Shown: positions 19,623 to 29,253, numbered from the stretch's first letter. The stretch: DNA of 34,615 bases from Thermoplasmata archaeon (GCA_030539565.1 JAUNYA010000001.1:1-34615); one strand, 5' to 3'. Notes: generated by a model not told the origin, from the sequence alone. Numbers and translations: made by a program.

Positions 19623-20451
19623 GACCGAGCTCCTGGCCAAGGCCATCGACGATGCCGACGCCATCGTCGTGGGCGCAGGATCTGGCCTCTCGACGTCCGC
19701 AGGCAAGGTCTACGACGGCGAGCGCTTCCACTCGCTGTTCCCGGACTTCGAGGAGCGCTACGGATTCCACGACATGTACGCCGGCACGTTCTACCGCTTC
19801 CCCACGCAGGAGGAGCGCTGGGCGTACATGAGCAGGCACATCATGGCCAACAGGTACACGCCCGCGTCGAGGCCGGTGCACAGGGATCTGATGTCCATCC
19901 TGGAGGACAGGGAATACTTCGTCGTCACGACGAACGTGGACCATCTGTTCCAGCGTGCTGGGATAGACAGGAAGAGGCTGTTCTACACCCAGGGGGACTA
20001 CGGGCTGTTCCAGTGCAGCCGCCCCTGCTGCCAGGAGACCTGGGACAACGAGGACCAGATTCGCAGGATGGCCGCAGAGCAGAGCGACTGCAGGATTCCT
20101 TCATCGTTGATCCCCGTGTGTCCGAAATGTGGCGCCCCGGCGATGATGAACCTCCGCTGTGACGACCGCTTCGCCGAGGACGAGGGGTGGCATCGTGCGG
20201 CGGAGAGGTACGAGAACTTCCTCCGCACCAGGAGGAATCAGAAGGTGCTGTACCTGGAGCTCGGGGTGGGCTACAACACGCCGGCGATCATCAAGTACCC
20301 GTTCTGGCAGATGACCGCCGCGAACCCGAAGGCGACGTACGCCTGCGTGAATCTCGGCGATGCCCGGTACCCGACGCAGATCGCGAAGCAGTCCATCGGG
20401 ATGGCGCGGGACATCGGCGACGTGATCTCGGAGGTCGCGCAGCTGTGCTGA
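19576..20451 (+). CDS. Class M sirtuin (SirTM, mono-ADP-ribosyltransferase)
   Basis: VGAGSGLS, TTNVDH, YTQGDYG (Gln at the usual catalytic His), C..CC / CPKC, LELGVGYNTP; start may be 19576 or 19606. Confidence 0.9.
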   Translation: MFSRNQTCQSMRTCSETELLAKAIDDADAIVVGAGSGLSTSAGKVYDGERFHSLFPDFEERYGFHDMYAGTFYRFPTQEERWAYMSRHIMANRYTPASRPVHRDLMSILEDREYFVVTTNVDHLFQRAGIDRKRLFYTQGDYGLFQCSRPCCQETWDNEDQIRRMAAEQSDCRIPSSLIPVCPKCGAPAMMNLRCDDRFAEDEGWHRAAERYENFLRTRRNQKVLYLELGVGYNTPAIIKYPFWQMTAANPKATYACVNLGDARYPTQIAKQSIGMARDIGDVISEVAQLC

Positions 20452-20472
20452 CCGGAGTGATTATGAGAAGAT

Positions 20473-20550
20473 TGGCGAACGGGAGGGGATTCGAACCCCC
20501 GGCCTGCAGCTTAGGAGGCTGCTGCCATATCCAGACTAGGCCACCCGTCC
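20473..20550 (-). tRNA. tRNA-Arg (anticodon CCT)
   Basis: GGACGGG/CCCGTTC acceptor stem, anticodon loop CT-CCT-AA, GGTTCGAATCC T-arm, encoded CCA; CTTATAT box upstream. Confidence 0.96.
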
Positions 20551-20742
20551 GTTAATCCGTGTGATATGTGGATTGGATATAAGGGTTTGGGTCGGCATGC
20601 CGTTCGGCCATCGGGATGCGTGCCAGACCCCGCCCGCCGGGCCCCGGTCCTCCGATAGCCAGCGGGTCCTGTAAACCGCTTCATGTTATCTCTGTCATAA
20701 GGGTTATCTATTCGCTCCGTGTCCCCGTTCCCGGGGATTGAA

Positions 20743-21567
20743 ATGCCGTCCGGCCGCAAGAAGAGGATAATGATCGCCTGCGTGACGTTCGAGACCGCCA
20801 AGGTCACAGAGCCCGCGGTGTTCTACGAGATCAACAAGGTCCACATCATCCACTACGTGAAGGACCCTCAGTCCGACAGCGGCAGGATCTACGGCGAGTT
20901 CTACGACCGCGTGGTCGAGCTCCTGGACAGGGACTCCCCGCTCGACGTGGAGGTCGTCAGGCACAACGAGCGCGTCAGCGACTTCTCCACCATGCTCCGC
21001 ACGGTGCTGAACATCATCCAGACCGAGCACGGGGAGGGCGACTGCGAGATCTACGTGAACATCTCCTCCGGCTCCCCCGAGTACGCCGCCGCGTCCGCCA
21101 TAGCCGCGATGATGGTCCCCGGCACGATACCGTTCTCCGTCGGCACCGAGAGGTACACAGTGTCCAACGAGGCCATCCGCGAGCAGTACTACGTGGACGG
21201 CAAGCCCGTCGGGCTCACCGCCAAGACGTACCCTCCGCGCACGCTCCCCAGCTACGTGATCGAGATGCCCGAGGAGCATCTCGTCAAAGGTCTCAGGATC
21301 CTCCACAGGAGGAACGAGGCGAACCTCCTGGTCACCAGCGGCAAGATGGTCGAGGCGCTCAAGGAGGCCGGCCTGTGGTACAGGGCGACCGACGAGGTCC
21401 CCGAGGGCAGGAAGTCCTCCCAGAGGCAGACCGAGGCCGTCTACTACCAGAGGGACTTCATCGCCAAGTGGGTCAGGAACGGCTGGGCCAAGAGGGACGA
21501 GCTCCACAACAGGTACGTCCTCACCGACGAGGGCCAGATCATCATCTCGACGTTCTACATCGAGTGA
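20743..21567 (+). CDS. DUF6293-like protein (CARF-like Rossmann N-terminus + winged helix), putative regulator
   Basis: IYVNISSGS motif; C-terminal helix plus wing ending RYVLTDEGQ. Confidence 0.65.
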   Translation: MPSGRKKRIMIACVTFETAKVTEPAVFYEINKVHIIHYVKDPQSDSGRIYGEFYDRVVELLDRDSPLDVEVVRHNERVSDFSTMLRTVLNIIQTEHGEGDCEIYVNISSGSPEYAAASAIAAMMVPGTIPFSVGTERYTVSNEAIREQYYVDGKPVGLTAKTYPPRTLPSYVIEMPEEHLVKGLRILHRRNEANLLVTSGKMVEALKEAGLWYRATDEVPEGRKSSQRQTEAVYYQRDFIAKWVRNGWAKRDELHNRYVLTDEGQIIISTFYIE

Positions 21568-21706
21568 TCCGGCAACGCATAGGCTAAGTCTCATTGCTTT
21601 GAAGCAACGATAACAGAGATTACTCGCATTACAGGGATTACAGCTAGCAGTTATTATACTATCCCGCCAATCATCAACATGCGGTGAGAACCGCAGGAGA
21701 AAGGAA

Positions 21707-21856
21707 ATGGGATACTACCAGCAGACCCTGATAATACCGAAGCCGACACAGCGCCTCTCCGACGGCAGAGCCGGATACAGGCGCCCGTCCCCGCCCGTCC
21801 GCAGGGACGCCAACAAGAACTCGGGAATCAACTCGATCCTCGCATACTTCAACTGA
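21707..21856 (+). CDS. Small hypothetical protein (49 aa)
   Basis: MGYYQQTLIIPKPTQRLSDGRAGYRRPSPPVRRDANKNSGINSILAYFN; purine-rich SD AGGAGAAAGGA, TTATTATA box at 21651; below the track cutoff. Confidence 0.6.
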   Translation: MGYYQQTLIIPKPTQRLSDGRAGYRRPSPPVRRDANKNSGINSILAYFN

Positions 21857-21900
21857 CTGGGACCGTGCAGTATTTGAGTGCGTGGATGCGTTGGCATGCC

Positions 21901-22335
21901 ATGGGATCCAGGCGCTTCGTGCTCACGGACGATCGGGAAGGGGGCGACGCGCGCCTGACCGATCTGAGGATACGCAGGTGCAGGGGATGCGTGAGGTGTC
22001 TCACCGAGCATCCCGGCGAATGCGAGATCGAAGACGGCTTCACGCCGGTGATACCGGCGATAATGGAGTCGGACACCCTTGTGGTGGTCATGTCCCCCGA
22101 GAGGGGCAAGGTCCCGGACAGGGTGAGGAAGGCCGTCGAGAGGCTCTCCAATATACTGGATGCGTACACCGACTGCGGCGGCAACGTGCCGCTGCCGATC
22201 GACTCCGTCAACCTGAGGCGGATCGAGTTCGAGTGCCGCGGAAACTTCGCAGACAGGATGGAATCCGAGATGAACGGGGCCCTGAGGAAGGGCCCCGTCT
22301 CGGATGTCATTTTCAAGGATTGTACAGAAGGGTAA
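21901..22335 (+). CDS. Iron-sulfur flavoprotein / flavodoxin-like protein (short form)
   Basis: CRGCVRC...ECEIEDG, SDTLVVVMSP resemble the Isf/FMN reductase family; start uncertain (21865 or 21901). Confidence 0.6.
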   Translation: MGSRRFVLTDDREGGDARLTDLRIRRCRGCVRCLTEHPGECEIEDGFTPVIPAIMESDTLVVVMSPERGKVPDRVRKAVERLSNILDAYTDCGGNVPLPIDSVNLRRIEFECRGNFADRMESEMNGALRKGPVSDVIFKDCTEG

Positions 22336-22367
22336 TGGGTTTGGGAAAGGGTTTCCTGATCCTGAAA

Positions 22368-23069
22368 TCACTCGGCGGGGGCGTCCTCGGCCTTCTTGGC
22401 GGACTCCCAGATCTCGACGAACTCGACGCGGTCGAGTCCGAAGACGCTGCGGTAGTCCGAGACCAGCCTGTACTTGGCGACGGGCCAGGACTCGTGGAAC
22501 TTGCAGATGTCGGCCTCGGTGACGACGACCTTGTCCTCCATGATGGCGAAGCCGAAGTCGTCGGAGGAGCCGAAGTCGATCTCCATGATGGCCTTGGCCT
22601 TCTCGACGGCGTCGGTGACCTCGTCGACGACGGTGACCTTGTAGGAGAGGTCGTGGCCGGCGAGGGGGCTGTTGAAGTCGACCTTGACGCGGCCGGCACC
22701 GACGGACATGACGGTTCCGGAGCGGTTTCCGAGGCTGACGGTCATGCCGGGGTAGGGGTTGATCTCGGCCTTGTAGAAGTCCTTGATGGAGTGGAGCTCG
22801 ATGAGCCTGGGGTTCCTGGCTCCGGCGGCCTTCTCGCAGGGGACGACGACCTCGATCTCCTTTCCGATCTCGGCGTTGGCGATGGCCTCGTCGACCTCGG
22901 GGTAGAATCCCTTGGATCCGACGACGTAGGCCATGGGGGCGTAGGAGACCTTCTCGTTGTAGAGGCCGTTCTCCTTGGCGCACTCCTCGATGTTGGTGTC
23001 GTACATCTTGCCGGCGTCCTCGAAGTAGGCTTTGAAGTTGATGTGAACGATTTTCTTGGTGTCTGCCAT
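22368..23069 (-). CDS. FKBP-type peptidyl-prolyl cis-trans isomerase (archaeal long type, SlyD-like)
   Basis: YDTN.E, RVKVDFNSPLAG, IF insertion, C-terminal extension. Confidence 0.9.
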   Translation of the reverse strand: MADTKKIVHINFKAYFEDAGKMYDTNIEECAKENGLYNEKVSYAPMAYVVGSKGFYPEVDEAIANAEIGKEIEVVVPCEKAAGARNPRLIELHSIKDFYKAEINPYPGMTVSLGNRSGTVMSVGAGRVKVDFNSPLAGHDLSYKVTVVDEVTDAVEKAKAIMEIDFGSSDDFGFAIMEDKVVVTEADICKFHESWPVAKYRLVSDYRSVFGLDRVEFVEIWESAKKAEDAPAE

Positions 23070-23201
23070 GATTAATCACTCTTTTAATTGGATTATAAAG
23101 GCGCCCATCGCTTTTTCTGATATAATGGTGTCGGTAAAGTCGCCAGCCTGGTCCGCTTTGTGGAAACCGATATAAACGATGGGCATAATCGAGGGCTCGG
23201 T

Positions 23202-23276
23202 GCCGCCGTGGCTTAGGGGTATAGCGGCTGACTTGTAATCAGCAGGCCGGGGGTTCAAATCCCTCCGGCGGCTCCA
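23202..23276 (+). tRNA. tRNA-Thr (anticodon TGT)
   Basis: GCCGCCG/CGGCGGC stem, loop CT-TGT-AA, GGTTCAAATCC, encoded CCA; ATATAAA box upstream. Confidence 0.96.
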
Positions 23277-23283
23277 TCTTCCT

Positions 23284-23315
23284 GTACATCGTTCAAATAC
23301 TCGATGTACGTTTTT
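23284..23315 (+). terminator. Hairpin + T-run after tRNA-Thr
   Basis: GTACATCG-N10-CGATGTAC then GTTTTT. Confidence 0.5.
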
Positions 23316-23454
23316 GCGTAATTCACGCCTGAAAACGGGTGTTCAACCAGATTCGTTGTACCGGTTGTGAACGTTTTGTGCACAGATTGCTCACAAAACA
23401 ACGGAATCTGTGCGATAGGTTTGGGTCCCCGCCCTGGCGGACGGGGACCGGCGC

Positions 23455-24591
23455 TCAGGCCGCGCAGGCGGCCAGGAGCGATGTGGTCGTGGTGGTCGTG
23501 TCGGAGTTGACCACTTCTTGGATGATCTCGCTCGAACCCAGCGATATCGTGTACCGGGTGTCGTAGTCCATGAGGATGCAGACGGTCATGGTGAGGTCGG
23601 TCTTGTTGTAGACGACGGACCACTTGGTCTGGTGGCTGGGGCCGTCGTCCTGCTTCACAGTCTCCAGGAGGCCGAGGGCCTCGTCGACGGTCATGACACC
23701 GGAGGTCTCGGTGAGGGTGGTCTGGATCGTGTTGTAGCGGTTCTTGCTGCTCTCGGTCACGGTAACGTCGGAGAGGTTCTGGAGCTCCGTCGCGAGGTAG
23801 TGGTTGGTCATCAGGTCTGTGGTCGTGGTGTACATCGTGTTGCCGTCGAACTCCACGTCCACGGAGTTGCCGGTGGCATCGCTGATCAGGATGTGGTAGT
23901 GGCCGCCCCAGTAGTCGTAGTCGTCCAGGAGGTCCAGGGCCTCCTCGGTGGTGGCCGCGTAGTCCAGGATCAGGCGGAGGGCGGAGGTGATGAAGAGCTT
24001 GGTCTTCCCGTTGTCCATGCTGATCGTGTGCCCGTTGTTGACCGAGTTGATGGACACGCTGACGCCCTTCTCGTTGACCCCGTCCATGGGGATGTAGGCC
24101 GCCGCGAGGTACGCGTCGTTGCCTGTCAGGGTCTCGGGGGTGTCACCCTCGGTGTACGAGAACATCGTCATGTCGATGATGGAGAGCGAGGCGTAGCCGT
24201 CGTCGGGGTCCGTGTACACGACCCCGGCCTCGCAGACCCTGAAGTCGAAGTTCCTGGCCATGATCTCGTCCCCGTCGGTCGTGGTGGCCGAGAAGGTGGA
24301 GCATCCGGTGTTCCCGCTGACCCCGGTGATCTTCGTCCCGTTGGTGACGTTCTCCTCGAGGTAGGCGTAGAAGTCGTTGATGTCGGACACGCCGGTTTCC
24401 AGATACTTGTCGAAGTTGTAGTCCGCGTCCACGTCGATGTAGAACAGGGTGGAGTCCTCGGACCATGTGAACGTAACGCCTTTGCCGCCGCTGTCGTCGC
24501 TGCCGTTCTGGGAGATCGCGACCGCAACTGCGGCGATCACCACGACTGCCACGACGACGGCCGCAGCCATCTTCTTGGTGGAGCTTTCCAT
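23455..24591 (-). CDS. Membrane-anchored Ntn hydrolase (choloylglycine hydrolase / peptidase C45-like)
   Basis: N-terminal KK + hydrophobic anchor; TG-CSTF nucleophile site, ARNFDF, DGVNEKGV, TNHY. Confidence 0.8.
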   Translation of the reverse strand: MESSTKKMAAAVVVAVVVIAAVAVAISQNGSDDSGGKGVTFTWSEDSTLFYIDVDADYNFDKYLETGVSDINDFYAYLEENVTNGTKITGVSGNTGCSTFSATTTDGDEIMARNFDFRVCEAGVVYTDPDDGYASLSIIDMTMFSYTEGDTPETLTGNDAYLAAAYIPMDGVNEKGVSVSINSVNNGHTISMDNGKTKLFITSALRLILDYAATTEEALDLLDDYDYWGGHYHILISDATGNSVDVEFDGNTMYTTTTDLMTNHYLATELQNLSDVTVTESSKNRYNTIQTTLTETSGVMTVDEALGLLETVKQDDGPSHQTKWSVVYNKTDLTMTVCILMDYDTRYTISLGSSEIIQEVVNSDTTTTTTSLLAACAA

Positions 24592-24683
24592 CGTATCTCA
24601 AGGCGTATCCGCTGATTGTTTTTGTCGCTTTCGAGGAATACGCAGGTACGACACGGGGGTTAAGTGAGAAGGGTCCCGGCCGG

Positions 24684-24701
24684 GGCCGGTAAGGGCGGGG
24701 T
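24684..24701 (-). terminator. GC hairpin after the transglutaminase-like gene
   Basis: Minus strand GGCGGGG-GCGA-CCCCGCC about 18 nt past the stop. Confidence 0.5.
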
Positions 24702-24719
24702 CGCCCCCGCCGTTTTGGA

Positions 24720-26012
24720 TCAGCTGGATGCCGTGGACTTGGGGAGCTTGAGCCCGTAGTCCGCGGTGGTGTAGGCCATGCCGTTGTAGTAGACGGTGCC
24801 GTCGCTGCCGATGCTGTACGTCGACGAGATCCATCCGATGCCGTAGGAGTTGGAGTCCAGGGTGGTCTCGCATCCGTAGTAGGTCTTGCCGTCGTAGGTG
24901 TACGAGAACTGGGCGATGCTGCTGGTGGTGCTCGTGGATCCCGCGACGTAGCCGTCGATGTAGACCGCGGCGATCACGTGGCCGGGGATGACGAACACTC
25001 CCGCGTCGTATCCCGCGGAGATGTACAGGCAGGCCAGGAGGATCGAGGTGTCCTCGCAGTCCCCTCCGTCGTTGTACAGGGTCTCGATGGAGTACGCGTA
25101 GAACTCCTCGTACCCGTACGTGTAGGAGTCGTCCAGGTAGTCGAAGCATATCTGGACGAAGGCCAGCAGGTACTCGGCGTAGGCCTGGCCGTCGGCGGTG
25201 TCGCCCGTGGCGGTCGTGTACGCGGACGCCAGCTTGGACTGGAGTTCGGCGGTGGTGTCGTCGACGGACAGGAAGTTCCTGATCGTCTCGAACGAGGTGG
25301 TGTACATCCTCCCGGAGTGGGCTGTGCCGTTCAGGGACTCGGAGTACTCCGAGTACTCGAACTCGATGGACACGCTGTAGCTCTCGCCGCCGTAGGTCCA
25401 GGAGTACGTCTTCGTGACGGTGCCGTCGATGCTGAAGGTGAAGTAGTACTGGGCCTGGCCCAGGGATCCTGGGGACATGAACCCGGGGAATCCCCCCATG
25501 GAGGACGACCTGTTGCTGCAGGACACGTACACGGTGTACTCCCCGTAGGTCCCGTCGTCGATGGTCCAGGACGCCCAGGTGTCGGACGACGTGGACGTGG
25601 ATCCGATCCTGGTGCTGCCGGAGTAGATGTACCATGTGAACGAGGTGTAGTTGGAGGCCACGTCCTCGGCCAGGGTGAACGTCAGAGTGGACGTCCCATC
25701 GCCGTTGGATTCGGCCTCGATGGTGAAGTAGTCCGAGTAGCGCCCCTCCTCCATGGTGATCTCGCCGCTGGTGTACGCTGTGCCCGAGCTCCCTCCGTCA
25801 CCGCTGTCGCTCGACGTCGTGTCGTCGCTGCCGCCGTAGTACACGGCGACGGCGCAGGCCGCGATCAGGAGCATCGCCACGATGGCGACGGACGCGATCG
25901 CGCCATTCCGCTTACGGGCGGGCTTCCGCGGTGGCTGGGCGGGTTCGCCGTCGCACCACGGGCAGACGCTGGGCCCGTCTCCCAGGTCCCTTCCGCATTT
26001 GGGGCAGAACAT
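24720..26012 (-). CDS. Surface protein: zinc ribbon + TM helix + transglutaminase-like domain
   Basis: FCPKCG...CPWC, TM segment, S/T/Y-rich ectodomain, GGDCED and PGHVIAAV catalytic motifs. Confidence 0.8.
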   Translation of the reverse strand: MFCPKCGRDLGDGPSVCPWCDGEPAQPPRKPARKRNGAIASVAIVAMLLIAACAVAVYYGGSDDTTSSDSGDGGSSGTAYTSGEITMEEGRYSDYFTIEAESNGDGTSTLTFTLAEDVASNYTSFTWYIYSGSTRIGSTSTSSDTWASWTIDDGTYGEYTVYVSCSNRSSSMGGFPGFMSPGSLGQAQYYFTFSIDGTVTKTYSWTYGGESYSVSIEFEYSEYSESLNGTAHSGRMYTTSFETIRNFLSVDDTTAELQSKLASAYTTATGDTADGQAYAEYLLAFVQICFDYLDDSYTYGYEEFYAYSIETLYNDGGDCEDTSILLACLYISAGYDAGVFVIPGHVIAAVYIDGYVAGSTSTTSSIAQFSYTYDGKTYYGCETTLDSNSYGIGWISSTYSIGSDGTVYYNGMAYTTADYGLKLPKSTASS

Positions 26013-26146
26013 GAAAAATGAATTCTCGGGTTATGGTATATAAAACGATTCATTCAGCCCCCAGCCAATCGGAAGGACATCCCGAAGCATCGGCGGGAGC
26101 GGGGGGAATGCCCTAAATACCCCGCGAGGGTTGGGACTGCGTTCAC

Positions 26147-27625
26147 ATGCCCGACGTAGACGAGATCCTCTCATTCACCAACATCTTCTCGGACCTGGTG
26201 ATGCTGTTCGTGGTCTTCGACGTCATAGCGCTGTTCATAATGCTGTTCCTGGAGCGCTGCGACCCCCGCGTGTTCGTCACGTGGCTGATCCTGCTGACGT
26301 TCCTGCCCCCGGCCGGGTTCATCCTCTACATGTACCTGGGCGCGACGATCTACAACCGCCGCAGGTTCAAGCCGAAGAACATCACCGACACGCAGATGAT
26401 GGAGGCCTCCGAATGGCAGAGGGGCCTGCTGGAGGAGGACCTGGAGAGCCACCGCGACAGGGAGGACATCTACTACGTCGCGAAGTCCATCGAGAACGCC
26501 GGCGCGTGGTCGTACACGAACAACAACGACATCGACCTCTACACCGAGGGCGAGCCGCTGTTCGCCGACATGATGGAGGACATCAGGAACGCGGAGCGCT
26601 CCATCCTCATAGAGTACTACATCATCCGCAACGACCACGACGGCAACGAGCTGATGAAGCTCCTAATAGAGAAGGTCCGCCAGGGCGTGGAGGTCAGGCT
26701 GCTCACTGACGCGTTCGGCATCGGGAAGGGCCCGAAGGAGGGCATATACAGGTTCAGGAACGCCGGCGGGCACTACGCCACGTTCCACGCCACCATCAAC
26801 CTGCTGCTGAGCCCGAAGAAGAACAACCGCAACCACAGGAAGATCGCCCTGATCGACGGGAGGGTGGCGTACTGCGGCGGGTTCAACATCGGGGACGAGT
26901 ACCGCGGCGAGGGCCCCCTGGGCCACTGGAGGGACGCGACCGTCCGCGTGGAGGGAGCCGGGATACTGCCGATGATGGTCAGGTTCTGCGCCGACTGGCA
27001 GTACTGCGCCAGGAGGGATCCCCTCAAGCCCATGGACGACTACATCGACCCTGAGTGCGTCACGCACGCCGGGAGGGACAGGATGCACCTCGTGTCCGGA
27101 GGGCCGGACACCATGCCCAACAACCCGATCCAGATGCAGTACCACTCCATGATCGTCAACGCGAGGCAGAGGCTGTACGTCACCACGCCGTACCTGAATC
27201 CCGATGATTCGATGATGGTCGCCCTCGCGAACGCGGCCAGGTCCGGGGTGGACGTGAGGATCCTCATACCGGACAAGAAGGACCACATCTTCCTGTACTG
27301 GAACAACCTCACCTGCGCCAACGAGCTGATGAAGTCCGGCGTCAGGATATGGAGGTACAACGACGGCTTCGTCCACGAGAAGATGATGCTGATGGACGAC
27401 GTCTGCTGCTCCGTCGGATCGGCGAACTTCGACCACCGCTCGACCACGCTGAACTTCGAGACGAACGTCATGATGTACAGCCGCAGGATCAACGAGCAGG
27501 CCTGCGCCCAGTTCCTGGCCGATCTGGAGAAGAGCACCGAGTACTCGTGCGCGGAGTACGACCGCCGCACGACCATGATGAGGATCAGGATGGCGGTATC
27601 TTGGCAGATGAAGCTGCTCGCCTGA
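26147..27625 (+). CDS. cls: Cardiolipin synthase (phospholipase D family)
   Basis: Two N-terminal TM helices; HKD motifs RNHRKIALIDG and HEKMMLMDD; GSANFDHRS. Confidence 0.9.
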   Translation: MPDVDEILSFTNIFSDLVMLFVVFDVIALFIMLFLERCDPRVFVTWLILLTFLPPAGFILYMYLGATIYNRRRFKPKNITDTQMMEASEWQRGLLEEDLESHRDREDIYYVAKSIENAGAWSYTNNNDIDLYTEGEPLFADMMEDIRNAERSILIEYYIIRNDHDGNELMKLLIEKVRQGVEVRLLTDAFGIGKGPKEGIYRFRNAGGHYATFHATINLLLSPKKNNRNHRKIALIDGRVAYCGGFNIGDEYRGEGPLGHWRDATVRVEGAGILPMMVRFCADWQYCARRDPLKPMDDYIDPECVTHAGRDRMHLVSGGPDTMPNNPIQMQYHSMIVNARQRLYVTTPYLNPDDSMMVALANAARSGVDVRILIPDKKDHIFLYWNNLTCANELMKSGVRIWRYNDGFVHEKMMLMDDVCCSVGSANFDHRSTTLNFETNVMMYSRRINEQACAQFLADLEKSTEYSCAEYDRRTTMMRIRMAVSWQMKLLA

Positions 27626-28665
27626 CCTGCGACGTCGCGATTGTGGGCTCCGGCCCGGCAGGGATGTCCGCCGCCATGGGCCTGGCGGGAAGCGGTCTTT
27701 CCACGATCGTCATCGAGAGGCTCAGCGATTCCGCGCACACCCGCTACCATTCCATCTGCGGGGAGGCCGTCAGCGACCGCATGCTGGACCTCCTCGGCTG
27801 GAGGCCGTCCGCCGTCACCACTGGGGTGGATTCCATCGCCATATCGACCCCGAAGGGTTCGAGGGTGGAGGTCCCCGCCGCCGGCGTCATAGTGAGCCGT
27901 CCGGCCATGCTGGCGGAGATGAGGGGGCTGTCCGACGCCGAGTTCGTCCACGGCTCCGTGGCGTCCGTGGAGCGGACGGACGGCGGCTTCCTGCTGCGTC
28001 TGCAGGACGGCCGGGAGGTCACCTGCCGCTACCTCGTAGGCGCGGACGGCGCGCATTCCGCGGTGAGGCGCTGCGTGTTCGGGACGGGGCCCACCGACCG
28101 CATCCACGTCGTGAACTGCATTGTGTCCGGGGACGCGCCCGCGAAGCTGGAGTTCTACGTCGGCGGGATATACGGCGGATCGTACGGCTGGAGGTTCCCG
28201 GCCGGCGACGGAAGGGTCTCCGTGGGGTTCGAGACCGGCGTCATCCGCCCCCGGGAGATAGACGGCATAATCGAGTACGGCGCTAGGGACATCCCGTTCG
28301 GGGTTCCCGATAGGGTCGTCGACGGGAACTGCATCCTCGTCGGGGACGCCGCGTGCCTCCCGAACCCCCTGTGCTACGGCGGGATCGGTGCGGCGCTGCT
28401 GTCCGGCGCCAAGGCCGCCGAGGCCGTGAGGAACGGGAAGCCGGAGGGGTATCAGAAATGGCTGTCGCGCAGCCTGATGTCCGATCGGCACTTCATGAAG
28501 GCCCACAGGGCATTCCGCGAATGGACGGACGAGGAGATAGAGGTTGCCATGAGGCCGTTCCGCAAAGGGTACTCGACATGGCGCGGGATCCTCGCGGCGA
28601 TAACCCATCCATCCCGCTTCAATGTGTACCTAGCGACGTTCCTAGCTCTTAGGTATGGATGGTAA
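27601..28665 (+). CDS. Geranylgeranyl reductase family FAD oxidoreductase
   Basis: DVAIVGSGPAG, ICGE, VGADGAHS, YGWRFP, VGDAA, NPLCYGGI; TTG start inferred within the cls 3' end. Confidence 0.85.
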   Translation: MADEAARLTCDVAIVGSGPAGMSAAMGLAGSGLSTIVIERLSDSAHTRYHSICGEAVSDRMLDLLGWRPSAVTTGVDSIAISTPKGSRVEVPAAGVIVSRPAMLAEMRGLSDAEFVHGSVASVERTDGGFLLRLQDGREVTCRYLVGADGAHSAVRRCVFGTGPTDRIHVVNCIVSGDAPAKLEFYVGGIYGGSYGWRFPAGDGRVSVGFETGVIRPREIDGIIEYGARDIPFGVPDRVVDGNCILVGDAACLPNPLCYGGIGAALLSGAKAAEAVRNGKPEGYQKWLSRSLMSDRHFMKAHRAFREWTDEEIEVAMRPFRKGYSTWRGILAAITHPSRFNVYLATFLALRYGW

Positions 28666-28735
28666 ATCCAATGATGCTGGCTGTCCGTTCCACATATCCA
28701 TAATATTAAATATTTTGCAAACCAAGCATTTACTC

Positions 28736-29251
28736 ATGACGCCGACATCCACGCATGTAGGCCCCCTCGTCTGCGTTAGGTGCTCGTATGAGTGGATACC
28801 GCGCAAGGAGGAGCCCCCGAAGCGGTGCCCCAGGTGCCGCTCGATAAAATGGAACGACGAGCACCTGAGGGTCACGTGCCTCAGGTGCGGCCACATGTGG
28901 AACTCCCACGACGGCAACCCGAAGAGGTGTCCCAAGTGCGGATCCCACCAGTGGAACGTCCCGCCCCGCACCTTCGAGTGCAAGAGGTGCGGCAACGTGT
29001 GGGACTCCAAGGGGAGCAAGATGCCCAAGCGGTGCCCCTCGTGCTACTCGAGGCAGTGGGACACCGAGCGCGTGCCGGAGGAGGAGCCCGAGGGCAGGTC
29101 CAGCGCCGACGCGGAGCTGGAGACCGCCGTGATGGACGCCTACCGCAAGGGACACGGCTGCGTGCAGATCTCCATAGCGCTGGGAGTTCCCTACAGCGTC
29201 GTCAGGGGGATCATCCTGAGGGTGAGCCCCATGTCAGTTCTGAAGGCGTGA
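28736..29251 (+). CDS. Tandem zinc-ribbon protein with C-terminal HTH-like helices
   Basis: Three repeats of C.RC...W...PKRCP.C.S..W; ATTAAATATT box 31 nt upstream. Confidence 0.8.
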   Translation: MTPTSTHVGPLVCVRCSYEWIPRKEEPPKRCPRCRSIKWNDEHLRVTCLRCGHMWNSHDGNPKRCPKCGSHQWNVPPRTFECKRCGNVWDSKGSKMPKRCPSCYSRQWDTERVPEEEPEGRSSADAELETAVMDAYRKGHGCVQISIALGVPYSVVRGIILRVSPMSVLKA

Positions 29252-29253
29252 GG

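Noticed and set aside
18843-26012. Integrated mobile element at tRNA-Arg or tRNA-Thr
   Set aside because: No integrase, transposase or duplicated tRNA 3' end seen
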